Shown: positions 10,851 through 24,150, counted from the first letter of the stretch. The stretch is DNA of 64,000 nt from Leucoraja ocellata (GCA_036785375.1 JAWMAR010000531.1:1116001-1180000), one strand, 5' to 3'. Numbers and translations: made by a program. The notes: generated from the letters alone by a model not told the origin.

Positions 10851-11145
10851 ACTTACCTGGCAGGGGAACGACCGTGATCAAAAAGGCAGTTCTGCCTGGA
10901 AGAGTCTATCCCATTCGATCCAATTTGAGATACCAGCTACTAAGACTGATGTGTTCAGCATTCTTCCCCTGCACAATTAAAGCATGGAATAGTCTTCACC
11001 CTACATAGATACCCAACCAGACGCAACTACATTTAAGGTAGCTCTTCTTCTCCAAGGGCCCATTTTTGCTTAAGTCCACCCTCCGCCACCTCCAGTTTAA
11101 ATTCCATTTGGAATATTTTGGAGAACCAAGAACCAAGAAGAAGAA
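10851..11145 (+). pseudogene. U1 snRNA 5' fragment (10851-10915) fused to a LINE 3' end
   Basis: ACTTACCTGGCAGGGGA..ACCGTGATCA..AAGG..GTT matches the U1 5' end and stem-loop I. Downstream encodes ..FFPCTIKAWNSL.. (LINE ORF2 end) and an (AACCAAG)2(AAG)n tail. Confidence 0.75.
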
Positions 11146-11812
11146 CACATGACTCCCGGTGAAGCCTTGAACAACTTACTTATTCCTTCTTCTTATGTTC
11201 CCGGTTTGAATTTGGCAAAAGGGAGACATGTGACAATAATAATAAACCACAAACAAACATAGCATATTAGTTTTCTCCACACTGATCTCACCGTCATCCA
11301 CGTCTTTCTCCTTGGTGAATACAGATGCAGTACACATTCGCTTAACAATTCCACTATATCCGTTATACTTGATCAGGCCTACCATATCTCTTGGCATCCT
11401 TCTTGTTTTAACATATGTATAAAAAGCCGCAGGATTTTCTGAAACCCAACTCATCAATTATATTTCATGACCAGTTTGGCCTTACTAATCACCCGGTTCA
11501 GCTCTTTGCTACTTGCCATTCCTCACAATCCCCGTATGATGCCACTTTGTTAAATCTGTCATAGCTTCCGTTTTGTTTCTGAAAAGGTTTATAACCTCCG
11601 TGGTCATTCACGGGTCCCTTACCATGCCATCGTTATCTATCCTCCTTACTGGAACGTGCTGATCCTGTACTTTGGTTAAATAACTCCCATATGATAGCTG
11701 TGAACATACTCAATAACAACTGCTCCCAAGCTCCTGACTAATGACATTTTAATCTGTTTTGCTTCTGTGAAGATCCAGACCAATACTTATTCAAACAAAT
11801 ATTAAACCTTGT

Positions 11813-12187
11813 AACTTACAAAATTCTTAAGGGGTTGGACAGGCTAGATGCAGGCAGACTGGTCCCGATGTTGGGGAAGTCCAGACCAAGGGGTCACAGT
11901 TTAAGGATAAAGGGGAAATCTTTCAGGACTGTGATGAGAAAAAAAATTTTTACACAGAATGTGGTGAATCTCTGCCACAGAATGTAGTTGAGGCCAGTTC
12001 ATTGGCTATATTTAAGAAGGAGTTAGATGTGGCACTTGTGGCTAAAGGGATCAGGGGGTATGGAGAGAAGGCAGGTACAGGATACTGAGTTGGATGGTCA
12101 GCCATGATCATATTGAATGGCGGTGCAGGCTCAAAGGGCCGATTGGCCTACTCCTGCACCTATTTTCTATGTTTCTATGTTTCTATG
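11813..12187 (+). mobile_element. Young CR1 3' fragment (equivalents ~24812-25199, ~40416-40790)
   Basis: TYKILKGLDRLD.. through to a (TTTCTATG)3 tail. Confidence 0.85.
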
Positions 12188-13354
12188 TAAAGTTGTGGTC
12201 ACTATTGCCAAATGCTCTTACATAGAAACATAGAAACATAGAAACATAGAGAATAGGTGCAGGAGTAGGCCACTATTCCAGCATACCACCAGTCACCTGG
12301 CCAAGTTCATTTCCCAACACAATGTCCAGTATCGTCCCTCCTGGATTCAGACTACCCAAACACCGTTTAAGGAAAATTTCTTGGATATACTTCATAAATT
12401 CTGCCTCATTTAACCCCCATCCACTGAACATAAAACCGTCAATGTTGGGGAAGTTAACGATACCCAATACAACAACACTGTAGTTATGTTTACATCTCTG
12501 ATCCATCTCCCGCTGCTTATTGGGTGTCCCATAATATAATCCCATTAGAGAGACTGTTCCTTTCTTATTTTTATGCACACCCCATATGCCTCAATGGATG
12601 TATCCTCCAGTTATGTCCCCTCTGAGTACCACCATCTTAAATATCGAAGTCCTGATACATTGAACTGCCAGTCATGTCTCTCCAACAAACAAGTTTCCAT
12701 AATGGCCACAACTTTATTACTCCAAGCACTGATCTCGACTATCTACGTTCATTTTGCTTTATCCACAATAATCCCTGCACTGAAGTAAACATTTCATCCT
12801 CTAATTGCCACATAATCATGAACCACTCCCTGCTCATCTTTCCTTTGAGCATTACTTGTTATAACCTCCACTTCTTGTCAGCCTTTCCATTTGCAAACTT
12901 GCTCCTTTCGTTCCCATTCTCTGTCCATTCCATTTTAAATTATCCAGAGTAGTACGAGCAAACTTCACCGCAAGGATGTTGGTGTCCCTTCAGTTCAAGT
13001 GCAGCCTGTCCCTCTTGTGCAGGTCGCCTTTACGGCAATAGAAATCTCAATGGTCTACAATCTGAATCCTTTCCCCTGCACCAACTCCTCAGTCGTGCAT
13101 TCATCTGTCCTATCCTCCTATTGCTACCCTCACTAACGTGGTAACTGTAGTAATCTAGAGATTACCACCCACCAGGTGGGAATGTTAACCTTTTACCTAA
13201 CTCCCCATAGACACTCCGTTGGACCACATTGCCCTTCGTTATATTTTGCTGAACTCCCTATATTCTCTCCACAGGACCCATTCCCTTTTCCTAACTTTTT
13301 TCCCAAATCTTTTTACTCCTCTTTAGGACCTCATCCAGTTTTCTACATATGTGT

Positions 13355-14930
13355 TTGAGTAAATGAAGCTCACTAATACAAGATACAAGTATGGAGTTCG
13401 CTTCATCTGTAAAAATGAGCAAACTATGAGGGCTGATTCCATGGCTAAGAAGCTGCTACGTAACAATGATACTGATTTTTGGAAAGAGCTCTTAACAGTT
13501 GTAAAACATCTCTACCATGCACTGTAGATGGAATCTCCAGGACAGCTAATATCGCGGACTTATGGCGACAACATTATAGCACTTTATTCAACTATGTCCA
13601 AGATGATTTGTATAGGGTGGACAATATTGAGAGTAATTACTCAGTGGTGATGTCACATGAGGTGTATCATGTCATGAACAAGCTGTCCAACAACAAAGCA
13701 AGTGGCTTGGATCATATTTCTGCTGAACATCTTAAGTATGCGAGTATGAGGATAGCTCCTCTCCTTGCTATTTGTCTTACTGGCTTTATGATTCATGGCT
13801 TGTTACCAGCCTCAATGTAGCCTGTTCTGCTACTGCCGGTCATTAAGGACAAAGCTGGTAAAATAGGCAGCCTAAATAATTACAGGCCCATAGCTTTAGC
13901 CAGCATATTGTCAAAGGTCTTAGAAAGAATTCTGCCGGATAGAGTAAATGAGTTTGTTAACTCCACAGATAACCAGTTTGGTTTTAACGCTAAACATGGC
14001 ACTGACTTGTGCATATATGACCTAAAGGAGATTGTAAACAAATATAGAGGCACAAATTTCAATTCTTATGTGCTTTATTGATGCTTCCAAAGCTTTTGAT
14101 AATGTTAATCATAGAAAGCTGTTTGTTAAAATGAGTCAGAGGGCGGTGCCTATATACATTCTGATAATTCTGGTTTGCGGATGACACGAAGCTGGGGGGC
14201 AGTGTTAGCTGTGAGGAGGATGCTAGGAGGCTGCAAGGTGGGGGAATCTTACAGAAACTTACAAAATTCTTAAGGGGTTGGACAGGCTAGATGCTGAAAG
14301 ATTGTTCCCGATGTTGGGGAAGTCCAGAACAAGTGGTCACAGTTTAAGGATTAGGGGGAAATATTTTAGGACGGAGATGAGGAAAACATTTTTCACACAG
14401 AGAGTGGTGAATCTCTGGAATTTTCTGCCACAGAAGGTAGTTGAGGCCAGTTCATTGGCTATATTTAAGAGAGAGTTAGATGTGGCCCTTGTGGCTAAAG
14501 GGATCAGGGGGTATGGAGAGAAGGCAGGTACAGGATACTGAGTTGGATGATCAGCCATGATCATATTGAATGGCGGTGCAGGATCGACGGGCCAAATGGC
14601 CTACTCCTGCACCTATTTTCAATGTTTCTATGTTTCTATTATAATTTTTATAGGCAACGACTATGCTGTATGTACAGGCGAATATTCTCTTGCATAAGTT
14701 TGGTGCGTGTACAGATGTGGTGAAGATGTCGCTGTTTAGAGCATACTGCACACCACTCTATACTGCACACCTGTGGTTGAACTACTGAAAGACAAGTTTG
14801 CAGAGACTAAAGGTGGCATACTAAGATTTTATATGTATTTTATGTTTTTTATATGCAAAGTGTTTTTATGTAATGTTGGCCCTTGTCTGGACCTTGAGTC
14901 CGAAATAAAGTTATTATTATTATTATTATT
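13355..14930 (+). mobile_element. RTE-X-like LINE with nested CR1 fragment (14173-14638), internally deleted
   Basis: RT N-terminal motifs KASGLDHISAEHLKY, NYRPIAL, NQFGF; ends AATAAAG(TTA)n. Confidence 0.7.
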
Positions 14931-17900
14931 ATATCATTTGCGCTGACATGCAAAACGACTTCTGTCTGTCCACCCACCACTTTGAAAATGATCTGCAGCC
15001 GCTCCAGGACATCCTAGATCCTTGCACCAGAGAGGCAACAGTCCATCCATGAGGCCTATTTGCTCCTGTCAACCTCACCAATGTATTTATCACAATCACT
15101 CTGTCTAACTTCATACTGTTGCACATCAGAGACAGGCCCAGTGCCACAGACCTGACTGCTGCTGCTGTCCCCACAACAGTTGCAAAAGAACATAACAGTT
15201 TTGCAGGGGAATGTCTACGGGGGATTCCTGAACCCTCTACCTATTCCCTTTGCTGGTTGTCACCCATCTATTCTTTGTCCTCACCACAGGTATGAGCACC
15301 TCACTATGACTTGCTCACTGTCTGGACGAACACGAGGTCATCCAATTGCAACTGCAGATCACTAGTCTTTCAGGAGCTGCACCTGGACACACCACATGCA
15401 GATGTAATGTTCAGAGACGCTACGTCTTCTTCAGTCCCAACATCCCGCAGGCTGAGCATACTAGCCTCCATCTCTATCACACCAAGACCAGGTTGTGCTG
15501 CAAAGCAAACATCAAGTGACAGACCAAACCTTATCCTCCGGTAACCCTCACAGAAGCCTCTTGAGCTTAAGCCTCAATAAACCAATCTCAATATGGCCGC
15601 TCCACTTATGTTTACCTTCAGTTTATTGACTGTTATTTAGCCAAATAACCAAGCTGTGACACTTGCCCGCAAATAACGATATAGATATTTCTCGATAGAG
15701 AAGATTAACCAATATTCAGATAAGCATAACTCTGAAAAGAACTATATTCTGGACTATAGTGACTTTATGTGGAACACAACTGAAGGGATGGTCGAATTCT
15801 CTGTGGCAAAATAAAAACTATCAACAGAACAATCAATGGTATGAATAAAGGAATATGACTGTGTTGCTACATCAGAGATCAGATCATATGGAATTCAAAT
15901 ATATTGTAAGGAAACCGAAGCTGAGGTTGAGGGCACACACCCTTACCTGCAATACGACAGTGGTAGTCCTTACAAATCAGAACCAGACCCAATTCTGCCT
16001 ACTCTCTGTTTCATGATAGCTAGCATTCGATTTACGATAGCATATGGCCTCTAGTACATGCATCGTTTTCCTTCTTTGGACAATACACTTAAAAGAAATG
16101 CTACTTCGCCAAAATACCTCTAATATCATTTGTGATCACAGGCATGTGGAAGGAATACGCGTGGTAGATAAAATAATAGCTAGGAGTGCTTTCTGTGCCA
16201 GTGCTAGACACACTGCCAATAAATGAAGCCGGGTAAGAGGATGCATAAAAGTATGCATAGGAAGGGGTAAGAATAGTCCCGAAATTAGGTTTCTGAATTG
16301 CAAGAAGGTCGATTTCAATAGCTTTGTAAGAAGTAAATTCTGGAATGGTATTCCTAGTGGTTTGGACCTGTATCTTCGCCAAAAAGGACTACTAAAAGAT
16401 TACTTTATTCTGGATGTAGTTCAACTACCTGCTTGTTGTTTTACCTGCATGGGGAATTGTCCAATGTATCCAGTTTATGTAAAGCGTTCATGTGCAGAGA
16501 TCAGAGGATAACTTAGCAAAGGCAACGCACATTGGTAATAGGCGGGTACGGGTGTCATGGTTGCGCACTGAAACATATTCTGATCTCATCATTTCAACTA
16601 AAATATTGTTAATGCCAGTGAAATGGTGCATAATCACGCCACGGTATCACAGGAATGATTCCCCTGTTCCAACAGAGATAGCATTTCAGAAATACCGAAG
16701 AGTAGAACAATTTCGGAAACAATGTTTGAGACATTGATGCCTTTGCTTGACCTGTTTGCATGTCATCGATCTGCGGACTTTAATGAGATGCGAGTATTAA
16801 CTGTCCAGACACATCAGCAGAACAGCCCGGTCTCCTTTGATTAATTACCAGCGAAATCGTTAGTCCAAATGTCAACATTTTGAAAATGTAGACTGTTTTT
16901 TGACTGTATTTTCTTGTTCATCGCCGTTAGCACTGATTCGCCCGGTGTTACTACCCTGCAGGGATAATCCACAAAGCGAAAGGAGCGCTGCCGCGACAAC
17001 TAGCGCGATTAGGTTGCGATATAAAATCTGCGTACATTAGACCAAGTATAAGGCAACGCTGGTTGCATGTAAATATAATTTCATATGTCAGATGAAGTTG
17101 GACAGAATTAATATCATAGCAATGCAAGCACTTGCAGACATCGAGGTCTTTCATATATAAAACTCGCCAGCAGCTACTAACATGTCGATTAAACATGTTT
17201 CTCAATTTATTTTCTCAATTAAGTCAATTACCCGTGCTAAACCAGTGAACATGTGTGCTGATAGCAAGCATGCTTTCCAGAATTACAGCGGTGTTGACGG
17301 TGCATTGACACCCAAATCTGCAAATTCGTAAATAATTTTGAAGACAATTGTTTCTTCACATTGCGCTTTGAAAGATTTCCTACACACCGTCTTCATCAGA
17401 ATATTTACCAGTTTCAAATAAAATGTGTGTGTGCAACTAAAAGGGTGAAGATACATGTCGCGTACAGTAGTGCGAGACCATGAGATCGGATTCTTCAGCC
17501 CCTGTTTGAATGCATCCCTTCATTTTTCAAGAGTGAATGAGCAGTCGCCAGGAATTATGATGAGGTTATTCGATTAATTTATTTGTAGGCGCATGCCGTG
17601 CAACTGCACAGCAAAAGATTCAGAATAAATGAAAAGGAATAATTCAATACCTCCTTACAAACTAAACAGAGACTCTTATGTGCTTGAGTCTATATTAAAT
17701 CATCCCGAGGTACAAATGTACCGAGATAAATTGTACCGAGATATTCGACACCAAATCTTTATTTACTTTGGAAATAATTTGACCCAGGAAGAATCTGGCA
17801 ACTTCTGATTGGCGCAACACGCATTCTGATTTGACTGTTGAAGGATAGATAAGGAACTCGAGGTGACGCCTTGTCACACGGTTCATAAGCGACCCGGAGA

Positions 17901-17950
17901 GAAACACTGACGAGCCACTTCACATGGCGTTCTCCGCTCAATTCATTACA

Positions 17951-17999
17951 ATGTCTTGCTGGATCTCTCTAGTCTATGCGTTAGTGTTTTCCGCAGCTT
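17951..17999 (+). CDS. Ig light chain cluster 2, leader exon
   Basis: MSCWISLVYALVFSAA, donor GTGAGT at 18000. Confidence 0.9.
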
Positions 18000-18108
18000 G
18001 TGAGTATTTACTTCAACCGACATGATATTTAATCTCGAATCTCTGTGACAATTTTGCTGTTTCTCTGATATTAGTTAATATTCTACTTTTATCCGGTTTG
18101 TTTTCCAG

Positions 18109-18453
18109 ATATAAATGCGGAATTTGCACTAAATCAGCCGTCTTCAAAATCCACATCTCTGGGACAGAACGTGGAAATAGCCTGTACCCTGTCTGGCGGC
18201 AGTTTAAGTACTAGCACCGTTTCCTGGTACCAGCAGATTCCAGCAACTGTTCCGCGGCTTCTGTTCTACACTTGGTCGGGCGGCAGCATTAATAGAGGCT
18301 CGGGAGTTTCTGACCGTTTCTCCGGATCAGTGTCAGGCAACACTATAACATTGACAATATCGAACGTGCAGTCGGGGGACGCTGCTGACTACTACTGTGC
18401 TGTGTGGAAAGATGCTGTAATCTTCGGCAAAGGAACGAGGCTGGGTATTGGCA
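18109..18453 (+). CDS. Ig light chain cluster 2, germline-joined VJ exon
   Basis: Same structure as cluster 1; CDR3 AVWKDAVI then FGKG; AG/GT splice sites intact. Confidence 0.95.
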
Positions 18454-19841
18454 GTAAGTAAAATACCTTCTATCTTTGCGTAGACACAAAAAGCTGGAGT
18501 AACGCAGCGAGACAGGCAGCATCTCTGGAGAGAGGGAAAGGGTTGTAGGAAGGAACTGTAGATGCTGGTTTAAACCGAAGATAGACACAAGCTGGAATGA
18601 CAGCATCTCTGTAGGGGATGAATGCGTCTGCAGCTCCTTCCTGCATATTCTGTCTTTGGGTTAATGATATAGCAGTGAAAAGTAATTGGTTTTCTGTCGC
18701 TAATCGATGGTTCAAATGAAAAGCTTTTAACGCTAATATGTTCAGCGTTCGACTAAAGCCGAGTTTCCTTTGCAAAATTATTAGACGTAGCTCTATCAAA
18801 GGGCCCAGATGTTAGAACGGCTGTTTGTATTTTTTACACAAAATATCTTCAAATAAAAGGTATTTAAAGATGATATTTTTTAAGTTCCCGGCCACGATCG
18901 AGTCTATTTTGGCAAATTAGTTGACAACAGCAAAGAAAGGATGAAATGGCTGTCCGGTTGTGTTATTATTCTTAACTACTTTGCGGACGGCGAGCTAATA
19001 ATTAAGAATTAGACCGAGAGTAAGGAAACGGGAAATAACTTTGGAGGGACAAGGAACTGCAGATGCTGGTTTACAAAAAAAGACACAAAGCTCTGGGGTG
19101 ACTCAGCGGGTATGGCAGCGTCTCTGTGAACATGGATAGGTGACTTTCGGTTCGGGTCCCTTCTTCAAATCAGTTTTGTTCCATGCGACATCATATAACG
19201 CATTTTGTTGTTGTGCCTTTAAGCGAAAGGAATAATATTCGCTATTCAACTTCAGAAATCTGAGCTGAATTATGACTTCAAAGAGAAGAGACTGATCGAG
19301 AAAAAACAAACGTATCGGTTTCAGCATTAATGTAAATCATATCAACGACTATTTAAAATGCGAGAAAACGGTAAATTTAACGTGGCTGCAAATCTAGTCT
19401 GTTCATTGATGGTTAAAACGACAAAATATTCTTGTCGCTAAAATCCAACCATTAGGAACATTTCGGTATCTGGTCTTAACAAATGAACAAATGAATTAAG
19501 GGAAGGTATTTAAACAAAACTAAAGTTTTAAGCGCGTTTAATGGAACTTTGGCAGCAATGAAAACCCGCAACTGGCTGTCGGGTAAAACGCTGGGGTTTT
19601 TTTATTGTAGCTGGAGCCAACGAAAATAATACTCTGGAGATCAATTAAAAATACTGCCGAAACAATATACTTTACGCTGCTGCGCATATTCTGTCCCATT
19701 GCCATAAATAGCAGTTATTGTTTAGAGATCTCACTTGGAACGAATGAATCCATGTTATACCAACTGTATTTTTATCAAAGATAATGTTTTAACCGAAGCA
19801 GTTCTGCCAGCCCTACTAATCTGTGACTTTATTTTAAATAG

Positions 19842-20164
19842 ATCCTCTGCCCCCCGCGGTGTCCGTGCTTGGACCTTCAGCGCAAGAATTGACGGGAAAG
19901 GGAACGGCCACCCTGGTGTGTTTGGTGAACGGGTTTAATCCGGGTGCTGTGGAAATTGACTGGACCGTGGACGGCAGTGCGAGGAGTGATGGCGTTGAGA
20001 CCAGCCGGATCCAACAGGAGGCGGACAACACGTTCAGTGCGAGCAGTTACCTGACTCTGCCAGCCACAGTGTGGAACGCACACGATCTTTACTCCTGTGT
20101 GGTTAAACACGAGTCGCTGGCAAACCCGCTGCAGGGAAACATCGCCAGGTCCAGCTGTCTGTAA
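19842..20164 (+). CDS. Ig light chain cluster 2, C exon
   Basis: NPLPPAVSVLGPS...RSSCL*, open frame, AG acceptor at 19840-19841. Confidence 0.95.
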
Positions 20165-21498
20165 AACCTCCAGATTCCAACAAATCAAACTGACAAATAT
20201 TGTTGCTCCGTCTTTCATTTGTCAAAAATTGATATAAAAATATTCTCTATTATCGACTAGCATTTGCGGTAAAATTGTCCTTTGTCTCCCTGTTTGTAAA
20301 CGTCATTCAATTGAAGCAACTCGTTGTGAATTGAAACTCCAATGTTATTCAATCTGTTAAATGCATTCCCAAATATTCATTAAAAGACAGTGGTCTAAAG
20401 ATTACATTCAGGTTTGTTTTCTTTACCCACGTGACTAACATACAAATACAGCTCGCGACTAAAATCAATAATTCAATCTTAAGAGCGATACATGTGTTGG
20501 ATTTTTATTTCTGATCAGAGAAAATCAAATGTATTTAATCAACCTTCATTATTTTATCTTATGGAAGAACCGATGATAAATGTGGCCGAACGTTATGTTA
20601 TAAACTGGTGTGATGATAAATTGGTTCATAGAGCCGCGCGCGCGCACACGCACACACACGAACAAAATGGGGCGCTCATGTAGAAACGTATTCGAGGACA
20701 GACAGTAATCGTTATATGTGACCTTGCTAATACTATTCACTTAGCAATTCCAACCTATTTCATCTGTGAATTAACTGGGTGGGGCTGGTGGCGAGTGAGA
20801 GTAATATAGAAACATAGAAACATAGAAATTAGGTGCAGGAGTAGGCTATTCGGCCCTTTGAGCATGCACCGCCATTCAATATGATCATGGCTGATCATCC
20901 AACTCAGTCTCCCATAAGGCCTTCTGAAGTTCTTGGTTGGTTCCTGCTGAGCTGATTAGCGGGATAAGTGTACGCTGCGCGGAACTACTGAGAAGCGTAG
21001 CCTACCTTCTCATCCACTCCCTACACAGTGGGGGCAATTTTACAGTTTTACGCCAAAACCAAATCTTATCTGCGTGCTCGTGATCTGGATCCAGAAATCT
21101 TACAAATGCCACTGTTGCTTGTGCCGCCACCACCACCCTCGCCAACGCCGTCACAGTCCTCACCGACCTCTGTATATAAAATGTCCATGCGTCTCTCTCC
21201 TTAAAGCTATGTCATCTAGTCTTTGATATTTCCATTCTGGGGGAAATGGTAATCATTCTCTGCCCTATCTATGACTTTCATAATTTTATATATTTCTAGC
21301 AGGTCACCTCTCATCGTTAACGGTTACAGAGAAAACAACCCGATTCTGTCCAACCTGTGCTCGTAGTTAATACCCCTAATTCAGGTATCATGCTCGTAAA
21401 CATCCTCTGCGCCTTTTCCAAGGCCTCCACTTCCATCTAGTATTGGGGCGAAGGACATGATGGCAGTACCCGAAATGCAGCCTAGCAAAAGTCCTTTA

Positions 21499-21732
21499 CC
21501 CCTGTCCCACTTAGGAAACCTGAACGGAAACCTCTGGAGACTTTGTACCCCACCCAAGGTTTCCGTGCGGTTCCCGGAGGTTCCCTGAGGTTTTTGTCAG
21601 TCTCCCTACCCGCTTCCACTACCTGCAACTTCCGGCAACCACCTGCAACTTTTGGGAACCGCACGGAAACCTTGGGTGGGGCGCAAAGTCTCCGGAGGTT
21701 TCCGTTCACGTTTCCTAAGTGGGACAGGGGCA
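21499..21732. mobile_element. Palindromic MITE, unit 2 copy
   Basis: Same TIRs and flanks as 8851-9084. Confidence 0.8.
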
Positions 21733-23858
21733 TAAAGTAGCATCATGACTCGCCTGCCCTTATCCTGAATGCCCTGCTCAATGAAGCAAAACATAAAATA
21801 TGCATTCTCACCACTCTATATAGTAGTGTTGCCACTGAGGGACATATAGACTTGGATCCCAAAATTCCTCTGTACATCAATAGTGTTGTTATTAATCGAA
21901 AGTAGATACAAAATGCTGGAGTAAGTCAGCGGTTCAGGCAGCGTCTCGTATATTTCTCTTTACAATCGATCCCTCCCCCAACACTTCAATGCTCTGGTTA
22001 ATCTGAATCTATCATTTCATCTCTCATTTTTATACCTATCCTGCTGTTTACTTTGACAGCCTTCCTCACTGTCCGCAACCCAAACAATCTAGCTGTCATC
22101 TGTAAACGTATTAACTACTAGAGAAGGTGCAGATATCTTTGTCTGTTGTGTCTCTCAATAATCTGTCCATTCATGCACACTGCCCCTGAAGACACCCAAC
22201 ACCTACTTCTTAATCACACAGCGCCCTTGCATATGAATATTCGCCACATTGATCTCACTCTCCTCCTTGGTGAAAATAGATACAACGCATTCAATTAATA
22301 TCTCGCCTATATCCCTTGACTCAAAGCACAAATTCCTCCCTTTATCCTCATGTTACCATCTTTCTGGTTACCCTCTTGCATTTCAATTAGGTACATAAAC
22401 CTTGCGAACTTCTTTAATCTAGCTCGACAAACCCGTTCCATGCCCCCTTTTGGCTCTTCTAATCGACCGCTTAAGTTATTTCCAACTCGACTTCATATTT
22501 CTCCCTGATTTCATCTTCAGATAATGGGCTGGGTCATCAGGATTGAAAAGAAAAGTATTCTTGGCTGGATGCGATTATAATGTTTTGGATACTTTACTCC
22601 ATATGCTTGCCGATACTCAAACAGATTGATATCGAAAGAACTTTAAGCGATTCAAGGGAGTTGGGAAAAGGGCGTGACACTGGAATTTGTTTAAACGTTC
22701 AACTTCCTTTCCCATTCCCCCACTGACCTTTCTGGCCTGGGCCTCCTCCACTGTCAGAGTGAGGCCCAGTGTAAAGTGGAGGAACAGCACCTGCTTGGGC
22801 AGATTACAACCAGGAAATCAATGAATATTGATTTCTCTAACTTTTCAAGTAACCCTCTCCCCCATGCTGGTCATCGTACCAGTTTCACTGTCGTCCCGGT
22901 GAGTTTCATTCAATGCATAGTAGACAACAATGCTGGAGAAACTCCGCGTGTGTGGCAACGTCGATGGAGCGAAGGAATGGGTGATTATTTGGGTCGAGAC
23001 CCTTCTTCAGACAAAGAAATTGAATGCATAACTCGTTATCACCTTGCCCACCGCCAACAATGCAGCTCCACCTTTCCTTGATCATCGTTACTTTTTTTTG
23101 CATATCTTTCATTCATTTGTTCTATATGCACCTCTGTATCACCCTCTATATCTCTCATTTCACTTTACCTGGCTCAGTCTGAGGAAGGGTCTCGATCCGA
23201 AGTGTGACCTATTCCTTTTCTCCGGAGATGCTGCCTGACCTGCTGAGTTACTCCGACCTTTTGTGTCTATCTTAGGTTTAAAGCAGCATCTGCAGTTCCT
23301 CCTAACACAAACATTAAACCACTGTGGTCGAGTTTTACTATAAAGGGGAAATCTTTCAGGACTGTGATAAGAAAAACATTTTTTACACAGAGAGTGGTGA
23401 ATCTCTGGAATTCTCTGCCACAGAATGTAGTTGAGGCCAGTTCATTGGCTATATATAAGAAGGAGTTAGATGTGGCCCTTGTGGCTAAAAGGATCAGGGG
23501 GTATGGAGAGAAGGCAGGTACAGGATACTGAGTTGGATGGTCAGCCATGATCATATTGAATGGCGGTGCAGGCTCGAAGGGCCGATTGGCCTACTCCTGC
23601 ACCTATTTTCTATGTTTCTATGTTTCTATGTAAAGTTGTGGTGCCTGACCCGCTGAGTTACTCCGGCCTGTTGTTCCTATCTTAGGATTAAACAGCATCT
23701 GCAGTTCCTCCCAACACAAATATTGAACCAATGTGGTCGAGTTTTAGTAGGGGGAGTCTTGACTCTTGACTGGGGTGTGAGCTGCCAAACGAAATATGAG
23801 GTGCTGTTCCTCCAATTTGCACTGGGCCACACTCTGACAATGGATGAGGCCCAGGCCC

Positions 23859-24150
23859 ACTTACCTGGCAGGGGAACGACCGTGATCAAAAAGGCAGTTC
23901 TGCCTGGAAGAGTCCATCCCATTCGATCCAATTTGAGATACCAGCTACTAAGACTGATGTGTTCAGCATTCTTCCCCTGCACAATTAAAACATGGAAGAG
24001 TTTTCTACCATAGTTACCCAACCAGACGCAACTACATTTAAGGTAGCTCTTCTTCTCCAAGGGCCCTTTTTTGCTTAAGTCCACCCTCCGCCACCTCCAG
24101 TTTAAATTCCATTTGGAATATTTTGGAGAACCAAGAACCAAGAAGAAGAA
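23859..24150 (+). pseudogene. U1-LINE chimera, second copy
   Basis: Same sequence and flanks as 10851-11145. Confidence 0.75.

Larger units (their letters stand above)
11260..15400 (-). mobile_element. Old decayed CR1 LINE (ORF1 esterase + ORF2 endonuclease remnants) hosting nested insertions; repeated in the next two spacers
   Basis: Minus-strand remnants EVVLHVSTNDI (SGNH/GDSL-like ORF1), VNFPNID and ILDIVLGNELGQV (APE region), SVFTKE. Confidence 0.7.

Noticed and set aside
10851-10915. Functional U1 snRNA gene
   Set aside because: Truncated in stem-loop II, no Sm site or stem-loop IV, and embedded in repeats.
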